DNA from: Burkholderiaceae bacterium
Lineage (GTDB): Bacteria > Pseudomonadota > Gammaproteobacteria > Burkholderiales > Burkholderiaceae_E
Direction of reading: 5' to 3'
Assembly (NCBI GenBank): GCA_050633665.1
Contig: JBOEGY010000006.1
Coordinates: 564,824-628,823, forward strand
Length of the DNA: 64,000 bases
Shown here: in pieces, positions 18,951 through 31,457 of the stretch
How positions within the stretch are numbered: position 1 is the stretch's first letter
Layout of the letters: each line of letters begins with the position of its first letter
Notes under the pieces: generated by a model
The model's database searches: none
What the model was told of the DNA's origin: nothing
The model's input: only the letters and a program-made list of their open reading frames with translations
Translations under genes and position numbers: made by a program

Positions 18951-19684
18951 GGCTGAATTTCCCTGCGATCCGACTGGCAGGGCTGGCTATAACAGCCTGC
19001 CTGCTTGCCGGCTGCGCGACCAACGGCGATCCGCGTGACCCGCTGGAGCCGCTAAATCGTAAGGTCTATGCGTTTAACTCGGCGCTCGATGAGGCTGTGC
19101 TGGCGCCGACCGCTCGTGCATACAAAGAATATGTCCCGTATGTTTTTCAGTATTCGTTCCGTAGCTTTTTATCGAATATTGGCGACGTTTGGATTGGCGC
19201 GAACAACCTGCTGCAAGGCAAGCCCGGTGCCGCGGTTCACGACTGGACCCGCGTGCTGCTCAATACAACTTTTGGTTTCTTTGGGATGTCTGATCCGGCG
19301 TCCGAGATGGGGTTTCGCAAACACCGCGAAGACTTTGGCCAGACGCTGGGCGTCTGGGGGGTGCCTAGTGGTCCCTACCTCGTCCTGCCTCTGTTTGGCC
19401 CGTCCTCCGTCCGTGGTTCCACCGGCCTGGTTACTGACTGGGTCGTTGACCCGACCAATCAGATCATCGAGGACAATGGCACGCGATGGGGGGTTGGCGT
19501 AGTCAATATCGTCGATATTCGCGCCGGCCTGCTCGGTGCCTCAAATTTGCTCCAGGGCGCGGCACTCGATGAATACAGTTTCGTCCGGGATGGCTATCTG
19601 CAGCGCCGGCGCAATCAGATTTACGATGGCGACCCGCCGTTTGATGACTCCGACGAGGAAGCCCTGCCAACCTACAAAGACTAG
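18947..19684 (+). CDS. mlaA: Outer-membrane lipoprotein MlaA/VacJ
   Basis: 245 aa. Lipobox LLAGC. VacJ motifs DPLEPLNRKVYAFN and GPYLVLPLFGPSS. Confidence 0.85.
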   Translation: MRLNFPAIRLAGLAITACLLAGCATNGDPRDPLEPLNRKVYAFNSALDEAVLAPTARAYKEYVPYVFQYSFRSFLSNIGDVWIGANNLLQGKPGAAVHDWTRVLLNTTFGFFGMSDPASEMGFRKHREDFGQTLGVWGVPSGPYLVLPLFGPSSVRGSTGLVTDWVVDPTNQIIEDNGTRWGVGVVNIVDIRAGLLGASNLLQGAALDEYSFVRDGYLQRRRNQIYDGDPPFDDSDEEALPTYKD

Positions 19685-19834
19685 CCAATGAGCCTTCAGG
19701 CTGGCAGGCCCGCAAAATAGGCCGTTTGAAGCCATCCGTTACGATTGGGTCATCCGATTCTCGGACTTGCCCGTTAGTATCAACTGGTGAAAACGACTGT
19801 TCTCTCCGACTTCTACCGATTCAGGAAAAAACGC

Positions 19835-20506
19835 ATGATTCGCAATAACCGAGCTGTCTCGAAACTAACCGGGTCCCGTCCCTGGATGATGCTGGCGGCC
19901 GCTGTTGTATTGCTGGCAGGGCTTCTTTTCAGTGCCGGGCAGCTCCGGGCCGAGGTCATCGCGCCGGATCAACTGATTGACCAGGTCAGCACCGAAGTCC
20001 TGACCAAGATCAAGGCCGATCCGAAAATTCAGGCCGGAGACTTCAGTCGCATCTCGACCCTGGTCGATGAAACCATCATGCCGCATGTTAATTTTGAACG
20101 CATGACTGCCCTTGCGGTCGGTCGTGGCTGGCGTGCCGCGACCCCAGAGCAGCGTGCTGCTCTGGTCAAGGAGTTCCGGATTTTGTTGCTGCGAACCTAT
20201 TCGGGCGCGATGAGCCAGCTGAAGGACGAGACCGTCAAAATGCGCCCCCTGCGTGCCAAGCCCGGCGATGACGAAGTCATCGTGCGCAGCAATATCGTAG
20301 GCCGGGGTGAGCCTATTCAACTGAACTACCGAATGGAAAAACTGCCTGACGGCTGGAAGATTTTTGACATCAATGTCCTGGGTGTCTGGCTGATCGAGAC
20401 GTACCGCAACCAGTTCAAGCAGATTGTTAACCGGGATGGGGTTGATGGTTTGCTCAATACCCTGGTCAAGAAAAACCAGCAGTTCGCGCAGGCATCAGGT
20501 AGTTGA
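19835..20506 (+). CDS. mlaC: Periplasmic phospholipid-binding protein MlaC (Ttg2D family)
   Basis: Signal peptide followed by a Ttg2D-like sequence (FERMTALAVGRGWRAATPEQRAALVKEF). The start is uncertain (19787 GTG, 19835 ATG or 19886 ATG). Confidence 0.8.
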   Translation: MIRNNRAVSKLTGSRPWMMLAAAVVLLAGLLFSAGQLRAEVIAPDQLIDQVSTEVLTKIKADPKIQAGDFSRISTLVDETIMPHVNFERMTALAVGRGWRAATPEQRAALVKEFRILLLRTYSGAMSQLKDETVKMRPLRAKPGDDEVIVRSNIVGRGEPIQLNYRMEKLPDGWKIFDINVLGVWLIETYRNQFKQIVNRDGVDGLLNTLVKKNQQFAQASGS

Positions 20507-20775
20507 GTCAGCCTGGGACCAGCGAGGTGGCAGGCAACCGTCTCACCATGCTCGAGGCCAATCAGTTTCTGGCCCGGGCGCGTGAGCAACTGGCTGCCGG
20601 ACGCACCGAGATCGATCTGGCGGGCTATGCGCCGATCGACTCCTCGGCAGTAGCGGCTTTGCTGGCGCTGCGCCGCGCAGCAGCACCAGTCAAACCGGTT
20701 TTTCTGAACCCGCCGGATAACTTGCGTAAACTCGCGGTCTTGTACGGTGTAGAGGCGATGCTGTTTCCCGGCTAG
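20503..20775 (+). CDS. mlaB: STAS-domain protein MlaB
   Basis: 90 aa. Small STAS-like protein at the end of the mla cluster, with a 4-nt overlap with mlaC. Confidence 0.65.
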   Translation: MSQPGTSEVAGNRLTMLEANQFLARAREQLAAGRTEIDLAGYAPIDSSAVAALLALRRAAAPVKPVFLNPPDNLRKLAVLYGVEAMLFPG

Positions 20776-20867
20776 ATCGCTCTTTCAATCCGGTTTGATT
20801 CATCGGCCCGCTAGTCGCGGGCCGTTCGTTTTCCTGCGGCACTGTGTCGCGCTACTTCCGAAACCCC

Positions 20868-21770
20868 ATGGCATTGGCTCTCGATATTCAGTCGGTTAGC
20901 AAGCAATACGGTAATTTTGTGGCGCTTCATGAAACCAGCTTGCAGGTCGAAAAAGGCGAGTTTTTCGGCCTGCTCGGACCAAACGGCGCAGGCAAGACGA
21001 CGCTTATCTCCATGCTGGCAGGTCTGGCCAGACCGAGCTCCGGGACCATCCTGGTCGACGGGTTTGACGTGACCCGCCAGTACCGGCAGGCCAGGAGTGC
21101 ATTGGGTGTGGTGCCCCAGGAGTTGGTTTTTGACCCGTTTTTCACGGTTCGCGAGAGCCTGCAGCTTACCTCTGGTTATTACGGCGTGTCGGGAAACGAG
21201 CGCTGGATCGACCAGATTCTGGATGGGTTGGGTCTGGCCGACAAGGCGAATACCAACACTCGGAAGTTGTCGGGAGGCATGAAGAGACGGGTATTGGTGG
21301 CGCAGGCGCTGGTTCACCGGCCGCCGGTTATCGTGCTCGACGAGCCGACTGCCGGCGTTGATGTGGAGTTGCGCAAAACACTCTGGGAGTTCATTCGGCA
21401 ACTCAATGAGGAAGGCCACACGATTGTCCTGACGACCCATTATCTGGAAGAGGCGCAAGAGCTCTGTTCTCGAATTGGCATGCTCAAGGCTGGTCGAATG
21501 GTGGCACTGGAGCCGACTCAGTCGTTGCTCAGCCGGTTTTCAGCCGGCCGGATGATGGTGCGTTTGTCGGGTGCTCCGTTGCCCGAAACGCTCAACGAAC
21601 AAATTCTTGAACAAGAGGGCAACCGCTATACCCTGAGGATAGATCGCTACGACCTGGTCGAGCACTCTTTGGCCATGTTGCGGCAGGGAGGCTGCGTGAT
21701 CGAGGAGCTCGAAGTCTCCCATGCCGACCTGGAAGACGTATTCGTAAGCATCATGCAGGAGTCACACTGA
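20868..21770 (+). CDS. ABC transporter ATP-binding protein (ABC-2 type, YadG-like)
   Basis: Walker A GPNGAGKTT, signature LSGGMKRR, Walker B IVLDEPT. The start is taken at MALALDIQSV; the ORF-track GTG is at 20844. Confidence 0.85.
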   Translation: MALALDIQSVSKQYGNFVALHETSLQVEKGEFFGLLGPNGAGKTTLISMLAGLARPSSGTILVDGFDVTRQYRQARSALGVVPQELVFDPFFTVRESLQLTSGYYGVSGNERWIDQILDGLGLADKANTNTRKLSGGMKRRVLVAQALVHRPPVIVLDEPTAGVDVELRKTLWEFIRQLNEEGHTIVLTTHYLEEAQELCSRIGMLKAGRMVALEPTQSLLSRFSAGRMMVRLSGAPLPETLNEQILEQEGNRYTLRIDRYDLVEHSLAMLRQGGCVIEELEVSHADLEDVFVSIMQESH

Positions 21771-22525
21771 TGCTTGGCTTCAAGACCCTGCTGGTCAAGG
21801 AGTTGCGCCGGTTTGCCAAGGTTGGCATCCAGACGATTGCCGCGCCAGTGATCAGCTCGCTGCTTTATCTGATGATTTTCGCCCATGTCCTGCAAGGCAA
21901 GGTTACGGTGTTTGCCGGGGTCGACTACACCCAGTTTCTGGCGCCGGGGCTGGTCATGATGGCCATTTTGCAGAATTCGTTCGCGAATACGGCCTCTTCG
22001 ATGGTGCAAAGCAAGATCACCGGCAATATTGTTTTTGTGCTGTTGCCGCCGTTGTCTCACCTTGAAATTATGCTTGCCTACATCATTGCCTCAATGATCC
22101 GCGGCCTGGTGGTTGGGGCTGGTGTGTTGCTGGTGACGTTTATGTTTGCCGCGCCGACTCTGCTGGAGCCCCTTTGGGCGCTGGCTTTTGCGCTTCTGTG
22201 CAGTGCGATCCTCGGTACAATGGGCTTGATCGCCGGCATCTGGGCAGACAAATTCGATCAGATGGCCGCTTTTCAGAACTTCTTCATCATGCCTATGACG
22301 TTCCTGTCAGGGGTTTTTTATTCGATTCAGTCCCTGACTGGTTTTTGGCAGACAGCCTCGCATTTCAACCCGTTTTTCTACATGGTTGACGGCTTTCGTT
22401 ACGGTTTCTTTGGTCAGTCTGATACCGACCCCTGGACCAGTTTGGTTTTCGTTTCGATCGCGCTGGTCGTTTTAGTCCTGATTGCGCTCAGAATGCTCTC
22501 GAGCGGTTATAAACTGCGCCACTAA
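21770..22525 (+). CDS. ABC-2 type transporter permease (YadH-like)
   Basis: 251 aa with about 6 TM segments. Its start overlaps the stop of the preceding ATPase. Confidence 0.85.
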   Translation: MLGFKTLLVKELRRFAKVGIQTIAAPVISSLLYLMIFAHVLQGKVTVFAGVDYTQFLAPGLVMMAILQNSFANTASSMVQSKITGNIVFVLLPPLSHLEIMLAYIIASMIRGLVVGAGVLLVTFMFAAPTLLEPLWALAFALLCSAILGTMGLIAGIWADKFDQMAAFQNFFIMPMTFLSGVFYSIQSLTGFWQTASHFNPFFYMVDGFRYGFFGQSDTDPWTSLVFVSIALVVLVLIALRMLSSGYKLRH

Positions 22526-22553
22526 ATCAACACTATTTTCCAAAGGTCTGTTC

Positions 22554-24052
<1,499 letters not shown>

Positions 24053-24068
24053 GCCCAAGCTAAAACAC

Positions 24069-24716
24069 ATGGCCTATCCGATTACTTTTGCGTTGTCTAA
24101 AGGACGCATCTTTGACGAAACCCTCCCGCTGCTCGCGGCTGCCGGTATCGAGGTGAATCCTGATCTGGTTGCCGGTCGTGAGTTGATTATCCCGACCAGC
24201 GATCCCGATGTGCGCGTCATTATCGTGCGGGCGACCGATGTGCCAACTTATGTTCAGTACGGTGCCGCAGACCTCGGTGTTGCCGGTCGTGATGTGCTGA
24301 TTGAACACGGTGGTGACGGCTTGTATCAGCCTATTGATCTTGGTATTTCCGAATGCCGGCTGAGTGTCGCCGCGCCGGTCGGGTTTGACTATCAGGCGGC
24401 GGTTCGGAAGGGGGCCCGGTTGCGGATAGCGACCAAATTCGTCAAAGCAGCGCGGGAGCACTTTGCCAGCAAAGGGGTTCATGTTGATCTGATCAAGTTA
24501 TATGGCTCGATGGAACTGGCGCCGCTGGTGGGGTTGGCTGATGCAATTGTTGATATCGTTTCTTCGGGCAATACCTTGCGCGCGAATCAACTCGCCGAGG
24601 TCGAAGAAATCATGCCGGTCACCGCGCGCCTTGCCGTTAACCAGGCAGCCCTGAAAACCAAGGGAGACCGCTTGCGTCCGATGCTCGAGCGTTTGCAGGC
24701 AGCGACCCAGTCATGA
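24069..24716 (+). CDS. hisG: ATP phosphoribosyltransferase, short form
   Basis: 215 aa from [22 protein letters not shown]. The ORF-track start at 23940 is an extension overlapping murA. Confidence 0.9.
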   Translation: MAYPITFALSKGRIFDETLPLLAAAGIEVNPDLVAGRELIIPTSDPDVRVIIVRATDVPTYVQYGAADLGVAGRDVLIEHGGDGLYQPIDLGISECRLSVAAPVGFDYQAAVRKGARLRIATKFVKAAREHFASKGVHVDLIKLYGSMELAPLVGLADAIVDIVSSGNTLRANQLAEVEEIMPVTARLAVNQAALKTKGDRLRPMLERLQAATQS

Positions 24717-27133
24717 GCGCGTCAGAAAGTATCCGGCACCTCAATACCGCCGATCCCGATTTTGATCAGCAACTGGCCGAGCTGACCCGTTACGAGCAAG
24801 ACGTTGATAACGCGGTCGTGGCGACTGTCAGTGGGATTCTGGCGGATGTCCGCGAGCGCGGTGACCAGGCGGTCATTGACTACACCAGGCAGTTCGACCG
24901 ACTTGATGTTGCCGGCATTGCCGAGCTCAGGATTCAGGCGGCCGAGCTGAAGTCGGCGTTTCAGTCTCTGGGGGCGGAGGCGTCAGCGGCGCTGCAAGCC
25001 GCGGCGGCAAGAGTGCGGGCGTTCCATGAGCGCCAACTCGATCAGTCCTGGGCTTATACCGAGGCAGACGGCACCCGTCTGGGTCAGCGAATCAATGCGC
25101 TGGACCGGGCGGGTTTGTATGTGCCCGGTGGTAAGGCCGCTTACCCGTCTTCGGTTCTGATGAACGCCATGCCGGCCACCGTTGCTGGCGTTGGCTCGCT
25201 GGTTGTGGCGGTGCCGACCCCGGACGGCGTGCGTAACCCAACCGTGCTGGCGGCTGCCCACTTGGCCGGTGTGTCCGAAGTGTATGCAATCGGTGGTGCA
25301 CAAGCGGTTGCCGCGCTGGCTTACGGCACCGAGACGATTGCGCCGGTCGACAAGATCACCGGTCCTGGCAATGCCTTTGTCGCGGAAGCCAAGCGGCAGG
25401 TATTCGGCGCGGTCGGTATCGACATGATCGCCGGGCCAAGTGAAATTCTGGTCATCTGCGACGGATCGGTTAATCCGGACTGGGTCGCGATGGATTTGTT
25501 CTCGCAGGCTGAACATGATCAGATGGCTCAGGCCATTCTGTTGTGCCCCGATGCGGCGTTCATTCAACAGGTACAGGCCAGCATTGACCGGTTGCTGCCG
25601 ACCATGCCGCGGGCAGAGGTTATCCGCCGCTCTCTGGCTGACCGGGGAGCGCTGATTCAGGTTGAATCCCTCGAGCAGGCCTGCGCGGTATCCAACTCGA
25701 TTGCACCGGAACATCTGGAGCTGATGGTTGAGCAGCCGCACCAGTGGGTCAGCCAGTTGCGTCACGCCGGAGCATTGTTTCTGGGGCCGTATACGTCTGA
25801 GTCGCTGGGCGATTATTGCGCAGGGCCCAATCACGTCTTGCCCACCATGCGGACGGCTCGTTTCTCGTCGCCGCTGGGGGTTTACGATTTTCAGAAGCGC
25901 TCCAGCCTGATCGAAGTCTCGCACGCCGGGGCCCAGGTCCTGGGGCAGATTGCCGGAACACTGGCGGATACCGAAGGCTTCGCTGCCCACGCGGCCAGTG
26001 CGCGCCTGCGACTCGATGAAACGACTGTTCGCACTGGCGATTCCGGCGCGGCACCCGTCAGTCCGGCGCACGAAGTTGCGCTCAGAGCCATCAGTCCGGT
26101 GGTTCGCAAGATGCACGCTTATCCGGTTGCCGATGCAGCAGGTTTTACCAAGCTTGATGCGATGGAAAACCCTTACCAGCTACCGGACGAGTTGCGCCGG
26201 GCGCTGGCCGACCGGTTGGCGACAGTCGATCTGAATCGTTATCCGGTGCCGAGTTATCTTGACCTGAAAAAGCAAATAGCGACTGCTTACGATATACCGG
26301 CCGGCTATCCGGTGGTGGTCGGCAACGGTTCCGACGAGTTGATCAGCATGTTGACCCTCGCGGTGCGCGGTAGCGGGCCGATCCTTGCGCCGGCTCCGTC
26401 GTTCGTGATGTATCAGATCGGCGCCAATCTCACCGGGTCGCGGTACATTGGGGTCGATCTCGACGAACACTTTCAATTGCGCTTGCCCGAGATGCTGGCT
26501 GCTCTTGCCGAACACCGTCCGGCGCTGGTGTATCTCGCGTATCCGAACAACCCGACCGGCGCGAGTTTTGACGCCACTGCGATGCAGGCGATTGTTGAGG
26601 CGGCCCCGGGCTTGGTTGTTATTGATGAGGCGTACCAACCGTTTGCCGGCAAGAGCTGGATGAACCGGCTGCCCGAACACCCGAATCTGGTGGTCATGCG
26701 AACCGTCTCCAAAATCGGTCTTGCTGGCATTCGAATTGGTTATCTGGCCGCAGCCGAGGCAATAACCCGCGAACTCGAAAAAGTGCGGCCTCCCTACAAC
26801 ATCAGCGTGCTTGATGAGACGGCTGCCATTTTTGCGCTCGAGCATAAGGCTATTCTGGACGCCCAGGCCGCCACGCTGGTTGCCGCGCGAGATAGGCTGA
26901 CTGCAGAGCTGGCCGCCATACCGGGCGTGACGACCTATGATTCGGCCACCAATTTCATACTCGCCCGGTTCCCGGACGGCGACAAGGTATACGCGGGACT
27001 GCTGGAACGATCTATCATGGTGAAAAACGCCGGTAAGATGCATCCGCTGTTGGAAAACTGTCTGCGTCTGACCGTCTCGACTCCCGCTGAAAACCAGTTG
27101 CTGTTGAGCTCAATCCGGCAAATCCTGGCCTGA
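24713..27133 (+). CDS. hisD/hisC: Single 806-aa ORF fusing histidinol dehydrogenase (aa 1-~433) to histidinol-phosphate aminotransferase (aa ~460-806)
   Basis: HisD motifs: [44 protein letters not shown]. These continue in frame, with no stop, into HisC motifs: [23 protein letters not shown], and the Lys region [15 protein letters not shown]. Confidence 0.85.
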   Translation: MSASESIRHLNTADPDFDQQLAELTRYEQDVDNAVVATVSGILADVRERGDQAVIDYTRQFDRLDVAGIAELRIQAAELKSAFQSLGAEASAALQAAAARVRAFHERQLDQSWAYTEADGTRLGQRINALDRAGLYVPGGKAAYPSSVLMNAMPATVAGVGSLVVAVPTPDGVRNPTVLAAAHLAGVSEVYAIGGAQAVAALAYGTETIAPVDKITGPGNAFVAEAKRQVFGAVGIDMIAGPSEILVICDGSVNPDWVAMDLFSQAEHDQMAQAILLCPDAAFIQQVQASIDRLLPTMPRAEVIRRSLADRGALIQVESLEQACAVSNSIAPEHLELMVEQPHQWVSQLRHAGALFLGPYTSESLGDYCAGPNHVLPTMRTARFSSPLGVYDFQKRSSLIEVSHAGAQVLGQIAGTLADTEGFAAHAASARLRLDETTVRTGDSGAAPVSPAHEVALRAISPVVRKMHAYPVADAAGFTKLDAMENPYQLPDELRRALADRLATVDLNRYPVPSYLDLKKQIATAYDIPAGYPVVVGNGSDELISMLTLAVRGSGPILAPAPSFVMYQIGANLTGSRYIGVDLDEHFQLRLPEMLAALAEHRPALVYLAYPNNPTGASFDATAMQAIVEAAPGLVVIDEAYQPFAGKSWMNRLPEHPNLVVMRTVSKIGLAGIRIGYLAAAEAITRELEKVRPPYNISVLDETAAIFALEHKAILDAQAATLVAARDRLTAELAAIPGVTTYDSATNFILARFPDGDKVYAGLLERSIMVKNAGKMHPLLENCLRLTVSTPAENQLLLSSIRQILA

Positions 27134-27168
27134 ACGCCAGATCCTCAAGCCCCCCACGGAGAAATTGA

Positions 27169-27756
27169 ATGCGCACGGCTCAAGTCAAGCGTGTGACCGC
27201 AGAGACCAGTATTGATGTCAGTCTGAATCTGGACGGAACAGGTCAGCAATCGCTGGCGACGGGTGTCCCGTTTCTCGATCACATGCTGGATCAGATTGCC
27301 CGTCACGGTCTGGTCGACCTGACCGTCAAAGCTGATGGTGACTTGCATATCGATGCGCACCATACCGTTGAAGACATCGGCATCACGATCGGGCAGGCGC
27401 TGGCCAAAGCCATCGGTGACAAGCGCGGTATTCGTCGCTACGGGCACGCCTACGTCCCGCTGGATGAAGCCCTGTCGCGAGTGGTCATTGATTTTTCTGG
27501 TCGCCCCGGACTGGTGTTTGATGTTCAATTTAAGCGAGCAATGATCGGCGCCTTCGATGTTGATCTGGCCCATGAGTTTTTTCAAGGTCTTGTGAACCAC
27601 GCGAATATGACCGTACACATTGACAATTTGCGCGGCGAAAACGCGCATCATCAGTGTGAAACGATTTTCAAAGCGTTCGGTCGCGCGCTGCGGATGGCCG
27701 CAGAGGCAGATGACCGGGCAGCGGGCCAGATCCCTTCCACCAAAGAAACCCTCTGA
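27169..27756 (+). CDS. hisB: Imidazoleglycerol-phosphate dehydratase
   Basis: 195 aa. [22 protein letters not shown] and [15 protein letters not shown] motifs. Confidence 0.9.
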   Translation: MRTAQVKRVTAETSIDVSLNLDGTGQQSLATGVPFLDHMLDQIARHGLVDLTVKADGDLHIDAHHTVEDIGITIGQALAKAIGDKRGIRRYGHAYVPLDEALSRVVIDFSGRPGLVFDVQFKRAMIGAFDVDLAHEFFQGLVNHANMTVHIDNLRGENAHHQCETIFKAFGRALRMAAEADDRAAGQIPSTKETL

Positions 27757-27774
27757 ATCCGGCGGCTGACAAGC

Positions 27775-28419
27775 ATGGCAACGATTGCGGTTGTTGATTA
27801 CGGAATGGGCAACCTGCGCTCGGTTGCCAAAGCGATCGAACATGTCGCGCCCCGGCACACGGTTGTGATCAGCGGCGATGCCGCGGTTATCGATAGTGCT
27901 GAGCGGGTCGTTTTCCCTGGTCAGGGGGCGATGCCTGACTGCATGGCGCATCTGCAGGAGTCGGGTCTGACTGACGCGCTCATCCGGGCGGCGGCGACTC
28001 GCCCGTTGCTGGGTATTTGTGTCGGCGAGCATATGCTGCTGACCGAGAGCGAAGAGTCAGCCGGTGCAGAGCCAACGCCTGGCCTGGGATTGATCGAAGG
28101 CCGGGTAGCCCGGTTTGCAAAGGGTTTGTCCGCAAACGGTGTCCGGCTCAAAGTGCCTCATATGGGCTGGAACCGGGTGCATCAGCTGGGTGATCATCCG
28201 CTGTGGTCCGGTATTGAAGACGGGTCGTGGTTTTACTTCGTGCACAGCTTCTATGCCGTGCCGGCCCATGCCAGCGATGCTGCGGCTGAAACCGATTACG
28301 GCGGTCGCTTTACCTGTGCGTTGGCTCGCGATAACATTTTTGCAACGCAGTTCCACCCCGAGAAGAGTGCTTCACGGGGGCTGCGGCTCTACCAGAATTT
28401 CGTCAGCTGGAATCCATAG
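27775..28419 (+). CDS. hisH: Imidazole glycerol phosphate synthase, glutaminase subunit
   Basis: 214 aa. [14 protein letters not shown], catalytic Cys in [10 protein letters not shown], and [10 protein letters not shown]. Confidence 0.9.
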   Translation: MATIAVVDYGMGNLRSVAKAIEHVAPRHTVVISGDAAVIDSAERVVFPGQGAMPDCMAHLQESGLTDALIRAAATRPLLGICVGEHMLLTESEESAGAEPTPGLGLIEGRVARFAKGLSANGVRLKVPHMGWNRVHQLGDHPLWSGIEDGSWFYFVHSFYAVPAHASDAAAETDYGGRFTCALARDNIFATQFHPEKSASRGLRLYQNFVSWNP

Positions 28420-28483
28420 TCTTTCCTGAGTTACCGTTTCAGCTCTACAACCTCTTCCTCAACTCTTTGAAACTGCCTTCAGA

Positions 28484-29242
28484 ATGCTGCTAATACCTGC
28501 TATCGATATCAAAGACGGTCGCTGTGTGCGCCTGCGTCAGGGGAACATGGACGACGCCACCGTTTTTTCAGAAGATCCGGCTGCCATGGCCAGACACTGG
28601 CTGGATAAAGGCGCGCGTCGCCTGCATCTGGTTGATCTGGACGGCGCGGTTGCCGGCAAGCCGAAAAACGAATCGGCGATTCGGACCATCATCGACGAAG
28701 TCGAGGAACTGATCCCGATTCAGCTTGGTGGCGGTCTGCGCGACCTCGATACAATCGAGCGCTTTCTGGATCTCGGCATCAGTACCGCAATCATCGGCAC
28801 CGCAGCAGTCAAGAACCCGGGTTTTCTGCAAGACGCGTGTAGCGCATTTGTGGGTCAGATAATCGTCGGTCTAGATGCGAAAGATGGCAAAGTCGCCACT
28901 GACGGCTGGAGCAAGCTGACTGGGCACGATGTGCTCGATCTGGCCAAGAAGTTCGAAGATTATGGTGTCAAGGCGATCATCTATACCGATATTGGTCGCG
29001 ATGGCATGATGTCCGGCATCAATCTTGACTCCACCCGCAAGCTGGCGGCCGAACTATTGATCCCGGTCATCGCTTCGGGCGGGGCGTCAAACATTGACGA
29101 CATAGAAGCGCTTTGTGAGGCCGAAGAAGACGGCGTTGAAGGTGTGATTCTGGGCCGGTCCCTGTATGAAGGAACGATCGACCTGACCGCCGCCCAGGCG
29201 CGCGCCGACGAATTGCGACCGCGTCAGTTTGGCGATGACTGA
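28484..29242 (+). CDS. hisA: ProFAR isomerase
   Basis: 252 aa. [26 protein letters not shown] and YTDIGRDGM motifs. Confidence 0.9.
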   Translation: MLLIPAIDIKDGRCVRLRQGNMDDATVFSEDPAAMARHWLDKGARRLHLVDLDGAVAGKPKNESAIRTIIDEVEELIPIQLGGGLRDLDTIERFLDLGISTAIIGTAAVKNPGFLQDACSAFVGQIIVGLDAKDGKVATDGWSKLTGHDVLDLAKKFEDYGVKAIIYTDIGRDGMMSGINLDSTRKLAAELLIPVIASGGASNIDDIEALCEAEEDGVEGVILGRSLYEGTIDLTAAQARADELRPRQFGDD

Positions 29243-30012
29243 TGCTCTCTAAGCGCATCATCCCCTGCCTGGATGTCACCGCCGGCAGGGTGGTCAAAGG
29301 GGTCAACTTTGTCTCGCTTCGCGATGCGGGTGATCCAGTCGAAATCGCCCGCCGCTATGATGATCAGGGCGCGGACGAGCTAACCTTCCTCGATATCACC
29401 GCGTCCAGTGATGAGCGCGACATTATTCTGCATGTGATCGAAGCGGTTGCCTCGGAGGTGTTCATTCCGCTGACGGTGGGTGGCGGGGTCAGGGCTGTTG
29501 GCGATGTCCGCCGTCTGTTGAACGCCGGCGCTGACAAGATTTCAATCAATACCGCTGCGATCACCAATCCGCAACTGGTTGCCGATGCTGCCGCTCGATT
29601 CGGCTCACAGTGCATTGTCTGCGCGATTGACGCCAAAGCGGTTGCCCCCGGGCGATGGGAAGTCTTCACACATGGTGGCCGTAACCCAACCGGCCTTGAT
29701 GCTGTCGAGTGGGCTCAGCAAGTCTGCGCGCTGGGTGCTGGCGAGATCCTGCTGACCAGCATGGACCGCGACGGGACCGGCGAGGGCTTTGACTTGCCGT
29801 TGACCCGGGCCGTCAGTGATGCGGTCCCGGTTCCGGTCATCGCGTCTGGTGGCGTGGGTAATCTTGCGCATCTTGCTGAAGGTGTTACCGAAGGCCGGGC
29901 AGACGCGGTACTGGCGGCCAGTATTTTCCACTTCGGGCAGCACACGGTACGCGAAGCCAAGCAACTGATGGCTGACCGCGGTATCACCATCCGGATGCCA
30001 TTGGATGACTGA
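29242..30012 (+). CDS. hisF: Imidazole glycerol phosphate synthase, cyclase subunit
   Basis: 256 aa. [20 protein letters not shown] and [10 protein letters not shown] motifs. Confidence 0.95.
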   Translation: MLSKRIIPCLDVTAGRVVKGVNFVSLRDAGDPVEIARRYDDQGADELTFLDITASSDERDIILHVIEAVASEVFIPLTVGGGVRAVGDVRRLLNAGADKISINTAAITNPQLVADAAARFGSQCIVCAIDAKAVAPGRWEVFTHGGRNPTGLDAVEWAQQVCALGAGEILLTSMDRDGTGEGFDLPLTRAVSDAVPVPVIASGGVGNLAHLAEGVTEGRADAVLAASIFHFGQHTVREAKQLMADRGITIRMPLDD

Positions 30013-30421
30013 GCCCGGTTCGAACTACGACACAGGCTGGCTGGCATCCGTGTCATTTGACGCCAGCGGACTGATCTGCGCCATCGCGCAGGATGCGGTG
30101 AGCCGCCGGATTCTCATGGTGGCCTGGATGAACCGGGCGGCCTTGCAGGAAACCGTCGCCAGTGGTCGGGCCGTCTACTTCTCCCGCTCACGTCGAAGGC
30201 TCTGGCGCAAAGGTGAAGAATCGGGCAATACGCAGCGGGTCAAATCGATCCGGCTTGATTGCGATGGCGATGCCGTCCTGCTTGAGATCGAGCAGGTTGG
30301 CGGCATTGCCTGTCATACGGGCCGGGAGTCGTGTTTTTATCAGGAGCTAAAAGACGGGCGCTGGCTGGAAACCGACCAGCCGATAAAATCACCTGAAGAA
30401 CTGTATGGGCCCTCTAAATGA
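30005..30421 (+). CDS. hisI: Phosphoribosyl-AMP cyclohydrolase
   Basis: 138 aa. [37 protein letters not shown] and DCDGDAVLL motifs. Confidence 0.9.
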   Translation: MTEPGSNYDTGWLASVSFDASGLICAIAQDAVSRRILMVAWMNRAALQETVASGRAVYFSRSRRRLWRKGEESGNTQRVKSIRLDCDGDAVLLEIEQVGGIACHTGRESCFYQELKDGRWLETDQPIKSPEELYGPSK

Positions 30422-30801
30422 CTACCCCCGACACACCCTCGAACAGCGCGGATGTTCTCGCGACCCTCGCCGCCGTCATTGAAAGCCGTCGCGGTGATGA
30501 CCCGGACTTCAGTTATGTTGCCCGCCTGCTTTCGCGCGCCCCGGACGCCGTCCTGAAGAAGATCGGCGAAGAAGCCACTGAAACCGTAATGGCGGCCAAA
30601 GATGCCGATCCAAAGGCGATCATTTCAGAAACCGCCGACCTCTGGTTTCATTGTCTGGTGATGCTGGCTCAATATGGGTTGCATCCGCAAGCGGTGCTGG
30701 ACGAACTGCAGGGGCGTGCCGGCATCAGTGGGTTAGACGAAAAAGCCGCCCGTGCGACCCGTTCCCCGGGCGCCGCCGGCGTCACTCAGGACCAATCATG
30801 A
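30418..30801 (+). CDS. hisE: Phosphoribosyl-ATP pyrophosphatase
   Basis: 127 aa. SYVARLL...[15 protein letters not shown]...[13 protein letters not shown] is the MazG-like HisE signature. Confidence 0.85.
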   Translation: MTTPDTPSNSADVLATLAAVIESRRGDDPDFSYVARLLSRAPDAVLKKIGEEATETVMAAKDADPKAIISETADLWFHCLVMLAQYGLHPQAVLDELQGRAGISGLDEKAARATRSPGAAGVTQDQS

Positions 30802-31169
30802 ATCACCAGGAAGATTGCCTTTTTTGCAAAATTGTGGCCGGCGAGATCCCGGCCAGGAAAGTCTACGAAGACGACGATATGCTGGCGTTTCACGACATTA
30901 ATCCGTCGGCGCCTGTGCATTTCCTGATCATCCCCAAGGAACACGTCGATAACCTTTACGATGCTGACATGTCCCACCAGGCCTTGCTGGGCAAGCTGAT
31001 GGGCATGACCGGGCAGCTCGCCCGTGAGCAAGGGTGCGATGATGGCTTCCGGGTTGTGATAAACAACGGCCGGGTAGGCAGGCAGGAGGTGTATCATCTG
31101 CATATCCACGTCATGGGCGGGTCGGAGCCGTTGCGCTCCGGTATGAAGCCTGCGCCAGACAAGACTTAG
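30798..31169 (+). CDS. HIT-family (histidine triad) nucleotide-binding protein
   Basis: [14 protein letters not shown]-terminus and histidine triad HLHIHVMGG. The start at MNHQED overlaps the hisE stop (ATGA). Confidence 0.85.
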   Translation: MNHQEDCLFCKIVAGEIPARKVYEDDDMLAFHDINPSAPVHFLIIPKEHVDNLYDADMSHQALLGKLMGMTGQLAREQGCDDGFRVVINNGRVGRQEVYHLHIHVMGGSEPLRSGMKPAPDKT

Positions 31170-31180
31170 GAGAGTAATTC

Positions 31181-31402
31181 ATGGGTGCGATGAGCATTTG
31201 GCACTGGTTAATCGTGCTGGTCATCATCATGCTGGTATTTGGCACTAAAAAGTTGCGAAATATCGGTTCAGATCTGGGTGGTGCTGTGCGCGGTTTCAAG
31301 GATGGCGTCAAAGAGGGTGCAGACAACGCTGCTGCTGAGTCTTCCTCGACTTCAACCAGCAATCAGCAAACCATCGATGTTGAGGCAAAAGAGAAGCCCT
31401 GA
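31181..31402 (+). CDS. tatA: Twin-arginine translocase subunit TatA
   Basis: 73 aa. [34 protein letters not shown] is a canonical TatA/E N-terminus. Confidence 0.9.
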   Translation: MGAMSIWHWLIVLVIIMLVFGTKKLRNIGSDLGGAVRGFKDGVKEGADNAAAESSSTSTSNQQTIDVEAKEKP

Positions 31403-31444
31403 TCCGGTGTCCGTTTTTTGACGGACCGCTCAGGCCCTTTTTTC
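31398..31444 (+). terminator. Imperfect stem-loop followed by a T6 tract between tatA and tatB (candidate attenuator or partial terminator)
   Basis: cctga...gtccgt-tttttg-acggac...tcagg, then cccttttttcgg, read directly. The stem has an internal loop. Confidence 0.35.
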
Positions 31445-31457
31445 GGCGCCTCTATTC

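Noticed and set aside
20811-21458. 215-aa minus-strand ORF opposite the YadG-like ABC ATPase
   Set aside because: The plus-strand frame carries Walker A, signature and Walker B motifs. The antisense frame has none.
24983-28032. Three long minus-strand ORFs (24983-26116, 377 aa; 26180-27043, 287 aa; 27145-28032, 295 aa) opposite hisD/C, hisB and hisH
   Set aside because: They are antisense to genes with unmistakable His-enzyme motifs. Their translations are Arg/Gly/Pro/His-rich low-complexity sequence typical of open antisense frames in GC-rich DNA, and I recognise no motifs in them.
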